Shown here piece by piece: positions 1-8,438 of a stretch of DNA of 17,495 bases. The notes beneath the pieces were generated by a model. It was given only the letters and a program-made list of their open reading frames with translations. It was not told the DNA's origin and searched no databases. Position numbers and translations under genes: made by a program. The DNA lies in the UHGV virus genome UHGV-0117107, one strand, 5' to 3'. The DNA comes from a virus. Numbering within the stretch: the stretch's first letter is position 1; each line of letters begins with the position of its first letter.

Positions 1-2429
1 CCCGCTATTTTTAGCAATGTTCCGGCTTTAAGATTCTGTTGCCATGATTCCAAACTTCCCTTAACGCCATCAAGTATTTTTTTAACGTTATCTAAGAAAC
101 TTATTTTTTCGAATGGATCAGATAATCCTTTAATAAAGTTTCTTATGGCTAGTAATATTCCAGCAAACAATCCGCTGTTTAATACTTCGAAAATATCGCC
201 TTTACCAAAGGCATCGGCTATCATATTACCTATATCGGAAAAAGCTTCTCCGATGGCCGCGCCAACCGACTTTATAGTGTTCCATAGACCGGAAAAGAAG
301 CCAAGAAAACCTTGAAGTGTAGGAGAAATCTTAAAACTCTCAATAAGTGAGCGTCCAAACTCTGCTATTTTTGAAATCCCGTTGCTAAGAAATCCAACAA
401 TTTTATCAACTGCGTCGCCAAACAGATTTCCTTCTACTATGGAGTCTCTCACATTCGAGATAAAATCTCCAAAAGAACTCGTTGCATCCAGTATTCCTCC
501 ACCAAGTCCGGTGAAGTTTCCAATAATATCTAGAGCGCCTTTTCCAACAGCTTTAAAAGCCTCTATAACAATATCGATAGCGGAAAAGATTCCTTTAAAT
601 GTAGATTTTATTTTAGATGCAGCGCCTTCACTTACTTTTAAAGTATCAGTGAAAGCTTTGAATCTATCAATCATACTTACTACTTGGTCGACTGTAGTAG
701 GTGGAAATATCTCTCTAAAAGCTTCTTTTATCGGTTTTATTATATCTCCAAGGAATTTGAATATATTTTTCAAACCCTCTATAATTTTTTCTCTACCGCC
801 AAGCTCGGTTATTCCATCGATAAGACCATCTATGTTGTCTTTTAATTTATTCGTAGATTCGTTTGCTTCATTTAGCGCTTTTAATGTAGCGTCATCAACG
901 ATACCTGTTATTTCTAAATCGTTAGCTTCCTGAAAAGCTTTAATAGCTGACTCTGTGGCACTTCCGAAAATTCCATCAGCACCAGAATCGCCAATATCAT
1001 AGTTAAGGCTTTGTAATGCTTTTTGTACTTTTGTTACGTCGTCTCCTGTATTACCTTTCGATAAACCGGCTTCGACTCCACTTAAATCTACAAGTTCGCC
1101 TTTTAATCCGCTAACAGCTTCTTTTAAAATATCAGAAGATATGGCACCAGATTGAAAAGCTTTTTCTAGAGAACCATATTTTTTTATGATCTCGTCCATA
1201 TTAACGCCATGGTCCTCAGCAATCGATCTAACTTTTTCCTCAAAAGTATCGGTTTCTACACCAGCTTCATTTATTTTTTTTACAAGCTTATCCCAGTTAG
1301 AAGACATCGCGCCTTCCAATAATTCGTTACGAGATTTCGCTGATGATTCAACCATCTTTCCAATGGTATCTGAAATTCCAGTGAACAATTCTTTGGAGTC
1401 TTCAAAATCACCGACAAGTATTCTCCAAGTTTGACCCCATCCAGATTGGAGAGATTCTTTTACCGTATCTATCAGCTGTGTGAATGTTTTTACTTTTGTA
1501 GCAGCGTCTTCAGCGTCCTTCGCTAAAGCCATAATATCGTTTGCTTGAGATTCGCTATAACCTTGGGCAATAAGATCGGCCTTACTATATGCGCCAGACA
1601 ATTGGTTAAGAGTTTCAGTTAATACCTCGGTCGTTAACCATTCACCTTTTGTTAGGCTTTCTCTAAAGCTGCCATATGTATCAATAGCTTGTTTAGCGCC
1701 TGTTCCCAAAAGTTCAGACGTTCTAACAAGTGCGTCCTGAAATACCTTACCACCCATACCGGCATTAACAACTGAGTTCCAGTCCATAAGACTAACTTTA
1801 CCTGCCGCCAATGCCTGAGAAAGCTGATACATCGCAGTAGATGCCTGTTGAGAAGTTGATCCAGAAACTGCGGCCAAGTTCGCAATACCTTTAATAGCAT
1901 TAACTGAGGTATCAAGTTTTACACCAGCTGCTGTAAACGTACCGATATTACGAGTCATTTCCGTAAAATTGTAAATCGTCTTATCGGCATATGTATTTAG
2001 CTCATCTAAAGCCTTATTTACAATATCAACATTAGTGCCTTCCTGCCTTGTATTGGATAGAATTGTCTGAATAGCACCAATCTGAGTTTCGTATTCTTGG
2101 AAACCGCTTTTAACCGGATCTATAGTTAATGCTGATATCATACGTTTACCAGTGTTAACAGCCTGGTTAGTGATGTTTGCTAAAGCAGTTACACCAGCGA
2201 CCTGTAGTGCTGAAAATTTAGCCTGAACTGTCTCTATACCACTGCTCATTCCTGCAAAGCTAACACCTTTAGCAGCCTTACCGACATTCTCCAACCCTTT
2301 GGAGGCACCAGATAGATTTAACTTTTGTTTGAGCTTATCGAGAGTTGACATACTGGTTGCGACTCCGCTCTCAAACTGCTTATTGTCGAACCGCATCTCC
2401 AAGACTCTGTTGTCAATAGTCGTACTCAT
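1..2429 (-). CDS. Phage tail tape measure protein, 5' portion only (first ~809 codons; gene continues past window start); carries an internal peptidoglycan-binding-like domain
   Basis: ATG at 2427-2429 (minus) preceded by GGAGGGAGG; reading frame stays open to position 1 (checked at both ends and mid-gene), which explains its absence from the ORF track. Translation starts MSTTIDNRVLEMRFDNKQFESG and contains TIYNFTEMTRNIGTFTAAGVKLDTSVNAIKG and LAAGKVSLMDWNSVVNAGMGG, motifs recalled as typical of siphovirus tape measure proteins. The start overlaps the upstream stop as ATGA. Confidence 0.85.
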   Translation of the reverse strand, partial: MSTTIDNRVLEMRFDNKQFESGVATSMSTLDKLKQKLNLSGASKGLENVGKAAKGVSFAGMSSGIETVQAKFSALQVAGVTALANITNQAVNTGKRMISALTIDPVKSGFQEYETQIGAIQTILSNTRQEGTNVDIVNKALDELNTYADKTIYNFTEMTRNIGTFTAAGVKLDTSVNAIKGIANLAAVSGSTSQQASTAMYQLSQALAAGKVSLMDWNSVVNAGMGGKVFQDALVRTSELLGTGAKQAIDTYGSFRESLTKGEWLTTEVLTETLNQLSGAYSKADLIAQGYSESQANDIMALAKDAEDAATKVKTFTQLIDTVKESLQSGWGQTWRILVGDFEDSKELFTGISDTIGKMVESSAKSRNELLEGAMSSNWDKLVKKINEAGVETDTFEEKVRSIAEDHGVNMDEIIKKYGSLEKAFQSGAISSDILKEAVSGLKGELVDLSGVEAGLSKGNTGDDVTKVQKALQSLNYDIGDSGADGIFGSATESAIKAFQEANDLEITGIVDDATLKALNEANESTNKLKDNIDGLIDGITELGGREKIIEGLKNIFKFLGDIIKPIKEAFREIFPPTTVDQVVSMIDRFKAFTDTLKVSEGAASKIKSTFKGIFSAIDIVIEAFKAVGKGALDIIGNFTGLGGGILDATSSFGDFISNVRDSIVEGNLFGDAVDKIVGFLSNGISKIAEFGRSLIESFKISPTLQGFLGFFSGLWNTIKSVGAAIGEAFSDIGNMIADAFGKGDIFEVLNSGLFAGILLAIRNFIKGLSDPFEKISFLDNVKKILDGVKGSLESWQQNLKAGTLLKIA

Positions 2430-2803
2430 ATCTTAGTAACCTCCCTCCAGGCCTCTTCTGCCATTTTGTCAAAAATAGGCTGAATCGCAGGATTGATATA
2501 ATCTCTCCCTTGAACCCAGCCTCCAGTACCAGTCCCATGACCATATTGCAAAATAATAGCGATTGGTACACCTTTATTAATGTTAGAGTTTGTAAAAGTA
2601 ATCTTTGCTGATCCGGATGTATTCTCAATTTCGTATCCCCACGATTTAGCAGTCAATCCAGATTCTACAGGAGTAGCAGACATAAGAGCAGCCACCCCTT
2701 CCCGACCATATTTGTCGAGTACGCTGAGCTTTGCATTCCCTTTAAGTTTCTCAAAATATCGAGTAACTTTAGAGAAGTCTCCCTTATGTCTGAAACTAAT
2801 CAT
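2426..2803 (-). CDS. HK97 gp10-family-like head-tail joining/tail component protein (125 aa)
   Basis: ORF track 2426..2803; ATG preceded by AAAGGAGAAAGATCAAA. Translation has PVESGLTAKSW and LQYGHGTGTGGWVQGRDYINPAIQPIFDKMAEEAW, resembling the PVDTG...EFGT...P-(F/Y)-L-x-P-A pattern recalled for the HK97 gp10 family. TGA stop overlaps the tape measure ATG. Confidence 0.6.
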   Translation of the reverse strand: MISFRHKGDFSKVTRYFEKLKGNAKLSVLDKYGREGVAALMSATPVESGLTAKSWGYEIENTSGSAKITFTNSNINKGVPIAIILQYGHGTGTGGWVQGRDYINPAIQPIFDKMAEEAWREVTKI

Positions 2804-2818
2804 TTTGATCTTTCTCCT

Positions 2819-4237
2819 TTACAGTAGCTCGTTAACTCGATCCTGAATTTTCTGAATCATGTTGTGATCGTATCCAGCTTTTGCGAGGGCATTAATTCGT
2901 GCATCTCCATTACCGTATTTTCCGGCAATGACATCACGGGCTACATTATCAATCACTATCTGATTTACTTTCTTCTGCACAGTGTCTGGATTATAACCAG
3001 CTTTCTTGAGAGCAGACACACGAGCATCACCATTACCCCATTTACCGGCGATTACTTCTTTAGCAATTTCATCGATAGATTTGGTCGGTTTTGGCGTAGA
3101 TGTAGGTTTAGATGTTGGTGCTGGTGTGGAAGAACTTTTCGCATATTTTGGTCTAGCAAAACCACGAATCATACCCCAGCCAACCGGAATGGTACGTCTT
3201 GCTACTGCTTCTCCTCTGTTACCTTCAATCGCTGTGATTTGTCCGTTTGAAACAGATTCCACATACCCGATATGATCAGAATATCCGTCGTTTGGCTGAG
3301 TCTTATCATCCCAGTTATAAACAATTACATCACCAGGTTTCGGAGTAATGGTGCCGTCCTCGACCCAAATGCCTTTCTGCTTAAAAATCTTAATATGTTC
3401 CTCACAACCAACTTCTGTACCGATGAGATCGACTGCTCCGGATTTGATAGCTGCTGCTGATACTGTACAATCACACCATTCATCATTAGGTTTAATAGCG
3501 TATCCGCGAGCCAAAGGTTTGTGAGAATTATAGATGTTAAGAATCTCAATATATTTACCGTTAGCTTCAGAATAACCGAGCCAACTTCTCATAACATTAA
3601 GAACGTCCTGTGCTGTTACACCCAATTCCGTATCCTCCTGTTTTCCGTAAAAATAGTTCATGTCGACTTTACCTTTAATACCGCCTACAGTTCCGGAACT
3701 CGTATACTGATGAACCAAACAACCGTAATCTGCTTTTCCGTTATAATCAGCGAGCCAGAATTTGTACTGTTTAATCAGATCATGATTATACCAATTTCGA
3801 TAGTAGTCGATATTTGCGTAGATTCCAGCTTTGTATCCCTGAGATTCTACGTACTCACAAAAGATTCTTGTAAAGTTATTACATTCATTTTTACCAAGTC
3901 TCACACCTTTTGCAGCTGCTTTCTTGACTGTGTCATATTCGAAATCTGCGAAGATGATTGTGTTTTTATCAAGACCAGCTTTTCTAACAACATCAACACA
4001 GAATTTTGCTTCGTCAAGTGCGCCCTGTTCGTTTAAGGCATAAATAAAATGGTAAGTTCCTATAATCGGAATCTTGTTGTTTTTACACCCATTGACATAC
4101 TCATAGAATTTTGAATCTACTGTCTTCCTGTAAGAAGATCTAAGAATCGCGAACTCTATTCCGGAGGACTTGACTTTAGAAAAATCTACATCTCCCTGCC
4201 AATAGCTGATATCAATTCCTTTCTTCACAATCATCAT
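2819..4237 (-). CDS. Modular peptidoglycan hydrolase (endolysin-type): N-terminal GH25 muramidase, central CHAP/NlpC-P60-like cysteine peptidase, Ser/Thr/Pro linker, two C-terminal CW_7 (Cpl-7-type) cell-wall-binding repeats
   Basis: 472-aa ORF. N-terminus GIDISYWQGDVDFSKVKSSGIEFAILR and later HQYTSSGTVGGIKGKVDMNYFYG match the GH25 signature; central WCDCTVSAAAIKSG ... DHIGYVESV ... TAIEGN fits a Cys/His/Asn CHAP-like domain; linker KSSSTPAPTSKPTSTPKPTKS; two repeats EVIAGKWGNGDARVSALKKAGYNPDTVQKKVN and DVIAGKYGNGDARINALAKAGYDHNMIQKIQ. Start ATG overlaps upstream stop (ATGA). Confidence 0.88.
   Translation of the reverse strand: MMIVKKGIDISYWQGDVDFSKVKSSGIEFAILRSSYRKTVDSKFYEYVNGCKNNKIPIIGTYHFIYALNEQGALDEAKFCVDVVRKAGLDKNTIIFADFEYDTVKKAAAKGVRLGKNECNNFTRIFCEYVESQGYKAGIYANIDYYRNWYNHDLIKQYKFWLADYNGKADYGCLVHQYTSSGTVGGIKGKVDMNYFYGKQEDTELGVTAQDVLNVMRSWLGYSEANGKYIEILNIYNSHKPLARGYAIKPNDEWCDCTVSAAAIKSGAVDLIGTEVGCEEHIKIFKQKGIWVEDGTITPKPGDVIVYNWDDKTQPNDGYSDHIGYVESVSNGQITAIEGNRGEAVARRTIPVGWGMIRGFARPKYAKSSSTPAPTSKPTSTPKPTKSIDEIAKEVIAGKWGNGDARVSALKKAGYNPDTVQKKVNQIVIDNVARDVIAGKYGNGDARINALAKAGYDHNMIQKIQDRVNELL
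2822..3080 (-). repeat. Two tandem CW_7-type cell-wall-binding repeat units (coding, C-terminus of the lysin)
   Basis: Two ~40-aa protein repeats with the (V/I)IAGK(W/Y)GNGDAR...AGY core; the underlying DNA segments are visibly similar (approx 2860-2950 vs 2980-3070). Confidence 0.7.
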
Positions 4238-4794
4238 CCTTTCGAATTGAATTTCTTTCTTCGAGCTGCATTCATTTCAGCATAACGACTCATTAATTCT
4301 CGCTTACTTGTCTGTTTAGGTGGCTCATTGTGAGCACTACATACCCTTATCAAAGTAATAAGTCTATTAAGATGCCATTTTTCACACTCAAATGGAATAT
4401 TGTTTGCAATCATCCAATAATATATAAGCTCTGACGTTATGATCTCTCGATTTTTCTTTCCAGATCTTCTGTCATTGATAGTAGTTGCTGTCATTGGAGC
4501 ATAAATATAGTCAGTTATTTGCTTTAAGTTATCTTCACTTAACCGACCATACACACTTGGATCAACATTCTTATTGAGTGTCATACACCTTATGTAATCT
4601 ATTGTTTCTTCAATGGTTTTCTCTTTATTTGTATAAAAAGGTTTACACCATTTTGATTCCCATTTTGAAAGAGAGATGAGTGAATGTTCTAATTGTAGTG
4701 TCTGCTCTTTCTGAGCTGGCACGGGTATAAACACTTGATTTCCTTCATCCCATAATTCGTCAGCTTCTCTAGCAGGTACTATAATCTGAATCAT
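4234..4794 (-). CDS. Putative tail assembly protein (Gp15-like, the family found immediately upstream of tape measure genes in Firmicutes siphophages)
   Basis: 186-aa ORF, ATG preceded by GGAGGGATGAGTA; no transmembrane segment; sits between the chaperone-like gene and the tail operon. Family assignment is from memory of the pattern and position only. Confidence 0.45.
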   Translation of the reverse strand: MIQIIVPAREADELWDEGNQVFIPVPAQKEQTLQLEHSLISLSKWESKWCKPFYTNKEKTIEETIDYIRCMTLNKNVDPSVYGRLSEDNLKQITDYIYAPMTATTINDRRSGKKNREIITSELIYYWMIANNIPFECEKWHLNRLITLIRVCSAHNEPPKQTSKRELMSRYAEMNAARRKKFNSKG

Positions 4795-4823
4795 TACTCA
4801 TCCCTCCATTGTGTTCGAATTTA

Positions 4824-5237
4824 TTAAGCTCCTGGAAGCAGATTCTTTGAATTAGCTTCCTGTGCAACATCAGCCGGAACGATGCCGTTAATAAATGCCG
4901 CTGCTGCTTCTGCGTCTGTAGCAAGTTCCATGAAGAGTGTGGAATAAGCTTCTGTCTGTGAAAACTTTCTTGACAGTGGTCTTCCGTCCTCATCAAGTTT
5001 CATGAAACCTTTACCATCCGGAGCCTTTTCTCCATATGCTTTAAGAATAAGATCTTTAAAGATAGCTACGATTGTCGGAGTATCCTGTGCTGCCACGACT
5101 TTCTCAATCATCTCAGCGAATCCACCAACTGTAGATAATTCCATCTCCATAATTTCTGCTTTAGAAAGGTTGAAGTAATATGTATCTTCTCTTTCTACTC
5201 CGTTGTAATCTGTGTATTTAATAGCTTTTTTTAACAT
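4824..5237 (-). CDS. Putative tail assembly chaperone (137 aa)
   Basis: First gene downstream of the major tail protein and its terminator; ATG preceded by AAAGGAGAACAAC; acidic C-terminus (ELATDAEAAAAFINGIVPADVAQEA) typical of tail chaperones. Assignment by position and composition. Confidence 0.5.
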   Translation of the reverse strand: MLKKAIKYTDYNGVEREDTYYFNLSKAEIMEMELSTVGGFAEMIEKVVAAQDTPTIVAIFKDLILKAYGEKAPDGKGFMKLDEDGRPLSRKFSQTEAYSTLFMELATDAEAAAAFINGIVPADVAQEANSKNLLPGA

Positions 5238-5273
5238 GTTGTTCTCCTTTCAATTTTTCAACGTTTAATAATT

Positions 5274-5308
5274 AAAAAAAAAGACCCCACCTATTGCTAA
5301 GCGGGGCC
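5274..5308 (-). terminator. Rho-independent terminator for the minus strand, immediately after the major tail protein gene
   Basis: In minus-strand RNA: GGCCCCGC (5301-5308), 10-nt loop UUAGCAAUAG, GUGGGGUC (5283-5290) giving an 8-bp GC-rich stem with two G-U wobbles, followed by a run of 9 U (plus-strand A run 5274-5282). On the plus strand the same hairpin would have A-C mismatches and no downstream T run. Confidence 0.6.
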
Positions 5309-5333
5309 TATCGTTATTCCATTACTTAGTTAC

Positions 5334-5999
5334 TTACGCACCTGTCGTAGTTTTCATCATAGTAGCAACCTCATCCGGGAGTGGAAGTCTTGCTTCTGTA
5401 TCCTCGTCACCGTAAAGAACTGCCTCCAGTGCTGCCAGTTTAGTTGGATCAGCTGTGGTAGAGTCGATTATGAGATGAGATGTAGGTTTGAAATTAGCTA
5501 CAGATACCGGAGTAGTACTACACTCCCAGGACATAGTAGCCGCTTCCGGACTATCATTTACAGTCGCACGAGATACTTCGGAAGGAGCTGCAAGAGCACC
5601 GTATACCAGATGCAGTTTGTAACCATGTGATTCGCCCTCTGTATCATTACCAATAAGGCTTCGATAAGATAAACCGAAATTTTTACGTTTCTGCTGTCCA
5701 ATCTTAACGCCGGTTGCAATTTCTCCTTCACCGTTACATTCTGCGAATTCATCGGGATACATATAAGCTTCGATTGTGAAACCAAATTCCTCAGCGGACA
5801 TAAGTGTCACATACTTAATGTTATCTGCATAGAGCGGTGTCGGTTCTGCTCCAGATGGTGATTCTGTTACAGCTGTAAGACCATTCCATGCTGCTCCTTT
5901 CGGATAGTTTCCATCAGTTCCCATTGGATAAATTACGCCATGATCGACGCCAGTTTCAAACAAACGTTCGCCTGTTGCGTCCCATACAAGTTTAGCCAT
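5334..5999 (-). CDS. Major tail protein (siphovirus type)
   Basis: 221-aa ORF with GGAGGAAATCAAAT upstream of the ATG; N-terminus MAKLVWDATGERLFETGVDHGVIYP...AAWNGLTAV...YADNIKYVTLMS resembles recalled major tail proteins of Firmicutes siphophages; followed by an intrinsic terminator, as is common for major tail genes. Confidence 0.75.
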   Translation of the reverse strand: MAKLVWDATGERLFETGVDHGVIYPMGTDGNYPKGAAWNGLTAVTESPSGAEPTPLYADNIKYVTLMSAEEFGFTIEAYMYPDEFAECNGEGEIATGVKIGQQKRKNFGLSYRSLIGNDTEGESHGYKLHLVYGALAAPSEVSRATVNDSPEAATMSWECSTTPVSVANFKPTSHLIIDSTTADPTKLAALEAVLYGDEDTEARLPLPDEVATMMKTTTGA

Positions 6000-6013
6000 A
6001 TTTGATTTCCTCC

Positions 6014-6319
6014 TTAATAATATAGCGTTAATACATCGTGATTGAGATTATCGGCTTTATACAGCCTATCGTAAGAGCAGTATGGAAGTTCCATAAGCTT
6101 CTGTATAACAGGATTATCCGGTAATTTACTAATCACGGTAATGTCATATTTCCTACGTGTTAAATATGTTGAGTTGTTAGCTTTCATGGTTTCGATATCA
6201 CTTAATGAATACACAATAGCTGGATAACTCATTTGAAGTGACGCTGGGGGTTGATAGAAAACCTGGTTACTACCAAGAAGTTCTTCAAGTTTCGCTTGTA
6301 GTTCTAATCTACTAGCCAC
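6014..6319 (-). CDS. Putative tail completion / head-tail joining protein (DUF3168-like pattern)
   Basis: ORF track gives 6014..6334, but the codon at 6334 is TTG with no Shine-Dalgarno; an in-frame GTG at 6317-6319 is preceded by GGGGGTG, so that start is preferred (about 101 aa). Translation ASRLELQAKLEELLGSNQVFYQPPASLQMSYPAIVYSL... fits the recalled pattern of small tail-completion proteins. Lies directly upstream of the major tail gene. Confidence 0.4.
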   Translation of the reverse strand: MASRLELQAKLEELLGSNQVFYQPPASLQMSYPAIVYSLSDIETMKANNSTYLTRRKYDITVISKLPDNPVIQKLMELPYCSYDRLYKADNLNHDVLTLYY

Positions 6320-6629
6320 GCCACACACCCCCAATCGATAATATCAGTCTAGGATACTGAACTTCGACGTCTGTCACTTTCCATTTCTCATTTGAGAATT
6401 CAATCCAAGTCATGGCAGATACATGATCTCTGGCGTAGGGATCGGCCACTATACTAATCTGGTTTGAGATATTAATATCATCGTTAACGTTTCCAGAATT
6501 CTGCCGTTTCCACCGATTGCTCATGATATCACCAAAATACTGACGTTCGACGATTTCATCTTCTATCCAGACACCAGGCTCAACCTCGCCAGTATAAGTA
6601 AATCCGATCTTCCCACACCATTTATTCAT
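6312..6629 (-). CDS. Putative head-tail adaptor / head closure protein
   Basis: 105-aa ORF directly downstream of the capsid gene; RBS GGAG within AAAATGGAGTGATAGAAC upstream of ATG. Assignment mainly by position and size; weak resemblance to head-closure proteins. Confidence 0.4.
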   Translation of the reverse strand: MNKWCGKIGFTYTGEVEPGVWIEDEIVERQYFGDIMSNRWKRQNSGNVNDDINISNQISIVADPYARDHVSAMTWIEFSNEKWKVTDVEVQYPRLILSIGGVWRG

Positions 6630-6653
6630 GTTCTATCACTCCATTTTGAATTG

Positions 6654-8399
6654 TTAGGCAGTTTCTTTCACGAATTCAAGAGCTACTGCGGAATACGGTT
6701 TAACAAGTGTACCGGAGCAACGTGTCTCCATAAGATACTTCTGCTTGTTGTAATCGATATCGAAATCATCGAAGAAGTTGATTTCTCCACCCTTATCTGT
6801 ACCTACGTTGTAATCTTTAAGATTTACATAGATACCAGCAAGCTCATATGTCTTATTTTCATCGTCTGTTCTTGTAAGACCTTCCATTACCGGAACCGGA
6901 ACGATTTCTCTTACGCGAAGAGATGCTGCAAGTTTCTGTACGCTATCATAGATAACACGTCCGTTTGTATCTTCAATGAGCAAGCAATCTGTAAGCATAT
7001 CCTCAGACATGAACATATCAGGGTTGCCAGATCCTTTATAATTCTTTCTGGATTTGATGCAAGCTTTGATGAATGCCTTAGCTTTCTCTTCAGCAGTAGC
7101 GGAATCGCTTACATTGATAGCTGCTTTAACTGTGAAAAGATCTTCCATCTTCCAGATAGGTCTGATGCAGTCCTCATTGATTTTATCGTTAGCCTCTTCA
7201 ACCGGATCTCTTCCATCACCGATAAGGAATGCGCGAGCAAGTTCCTCATCAAGCATCATACGAACTTCTCTCTTCAGCCATGGAAGAATATCGAAATCTG
7301 TAATATCAAGCATGTCATCGCGATCTAATGCCTGTTTCTTGTATACAGTTGTTGGATTTGTTACACGTTTGAGAAGCTTAAATACTTCTTCAATTTTAAG
7401 TTTGCCTTTCTGGTATCCCTTTGCTCTAGCCTGTGCTGCTGTGATGTCAGCAAAGATAGTTTTGATACGGGAGAACGGTGTGTGATGTACTCCGCCAAGT
7501 ACTTTTGATACCCAATCGTCATTACGTTTGATAAATTCCGGTTCATTGTTAAGATTCTTTGCATCCGGGAATAAGATGTCAATGTCTGTGATACCATGAG
7601 CAAGCACTGCCTCTTTAAGAGAACCTGAGCGTTTCGCATCTTCGAAAATCGCAGTCATCTCGGAGTGTGTAAGCACATCATCTGCCATAGGGGTTTCATT
7701 GTCGAATACGTTGTGTTTCATATTTTTGTTTCCTCCTTCATTTTCATCATCTTCTTCGGTTTCAACACCAGCATCTTCTAATGCCTGTCCGATCATAGCG
7801 TACACAACAGTTTTCTGTTTCTCAGAAAGAGTGTTGAATACATCAGCTACAGTTTCGTCCTTATTTTCTTCGGCATTATGTTTTTTGGTTTCTTCTGCCA
7901 TTTTTTCTTCTCCTTTCTCAGAAGTATCTGCGTGGAACAATGACTCCACATTTTCGATATATTCGCCTGAGCTGATATATCCCTCTTCATAAGAATCTTC
8001 GCCATGCATCATGACAGACTCTATTACTGCGCCTGGATTAGCACCAGCTAAAACCAAACTAAGCTCACGAATGACTCCGTGAACTACATTACTTCCCTGC
8101 TGTTTAAGTCTGTTGGCATATATGGAAAATCTATTCACATCACCATGCTGAACCAGCAATTTAGCATTCTGCCCTGATTCCGTATCGTTAAATGTGCAAT
8201 ATGCATACACACCTTCGTCCCTGTTTTCCAGCAAGGCATGACCGAGCACTTCATCTACGCTATTATGCTGATGATTCCAAACTAACGGTACAGTTTCACC
8301 ATCGCACTCTTTGAATGCATCTTTCATGATGACTCTACCGTCCGCACACAGCATGTCAGCTTTAGTAGCCCAGCCAGAACAATCATATGACTTAGCCAT
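6654..8399 (-). CDS. Prohead protease - scaffold-like linker - HK97-fold major capsid protein fusion (581 aa)
   Basis: N-terminal ~140 aa carry prohead serine protease-like motifs (WNHQHNSVDEVLGH, RFSIYANRL, ELSLVLAGANPGAVI); residues ~150-330 are an acidic, charged linker (EDSYEEGY...ETEEDDENEGG); the C-terminal ~250 aa end in LAGIYVNLKDYNVGTDKGGEINFFDDFDIDYNKQKYLMETRCSGTLVKPYSAVALEF, resembling HK97-family capsid C-termini. ATG preceded by AAAAGGAGGCAGAAAATCAAA. Confidence 0.8.
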   Translation of the reverse strand: MAKSYDCSGWATKADMLCADGRVIMKDAFKECDGETVPLVWNHQHNSVDEVLGHALLENRDEGVYAYCTFNDTESGQNAKLLVQHGDVNRFSIYANRLKQQGSNVVHGVIRELSLVLAGANPGAVIESVMMHGEDSYEEGYISSGEYIENVESLFHADTSEKGEEKMAEETKKHNAEENKDETVADVFNTLSEKQKTVVYAMIGQALEDAGVETEEDDENEGGNKNMKHNVFDNETPMADDVLTHSEMTAIFEDAKRSGSLKEAVLAHGITDIDILFPDAKNLNNEPEFIKRNDDWVSKVLGGVHHTPFSRIKTIFADITAAQARAKGYQKGKLKIEEVFKLLKRVTNPTTVYKKQALDRDDMLDITDFDILPWLKREVRMMLDEELARAFLIGDGRDPVEEANDKINEDCIRPIWKMEDLFTVKAAINVSDSATAEEKAKAFIKACIKSRKNYKGSGNPDMFMSEDMLTDCLLIEDTNGRVIYDSVQKLAASLRVREIVPVPVMEGLTRTDDENKTYELAGIYVNLKDYNVGTDKGGEINFFDDFDIDYNKQKYLMETRCSGTLVKPYSAVALEFVKETA

Positions 8400-8438
8400 T
8401 TTGATTTTCTGCCTCCTTTTTAATTAACTTAAACTGCA

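Noticed and set aside
382-2846. Plus-strand ORFs 382..933, 1186..1434 and 2580..2846 from the ORF track
   Set aside because: They lie antisense to the tape measure and gp10-like genes, lack convincing ribosome-binding sites, and have the Ser/Leu/Ile-rich composition typical of antisense frames.
2864-4036. Plus-strand ORFs 2864..3250, 3006..3275, 3272..3460 and 3521..4036
   Set aside because: All are antisense to the lysin gene, whose GH25, CHAP and CW_7 motifs fix the real frame.
4794-4830. Possible programmed frameshift fusing the chaperone (4824..5237) to the downstream Gp15-like ORF, as in canonical G/GT pairs
   Set aside because: The downstream frame is the -1 frame, but it has a TGA two codons upstream of its ATG (4798-4800), downstream of the chaperone stop, so no fusion can form; the +1 frame (ORF 4769..4996) does not join it either. 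The two genes appear to be separate.
5274-5308. Reading the same hairpin as a plus-strand terminator
   Set aside because: On the plus strand the A run precedes the stem rather than a T run following it, and the stem would contain A-C mismatches; it works only for the minus strand.
6651-7992. Plus-strand ORFs 6651..7328, 7054..7485 and 7699..7992
   Set aside because: Antisense to the protease-capsid fusion gene; low-complexity translations with no start signals.
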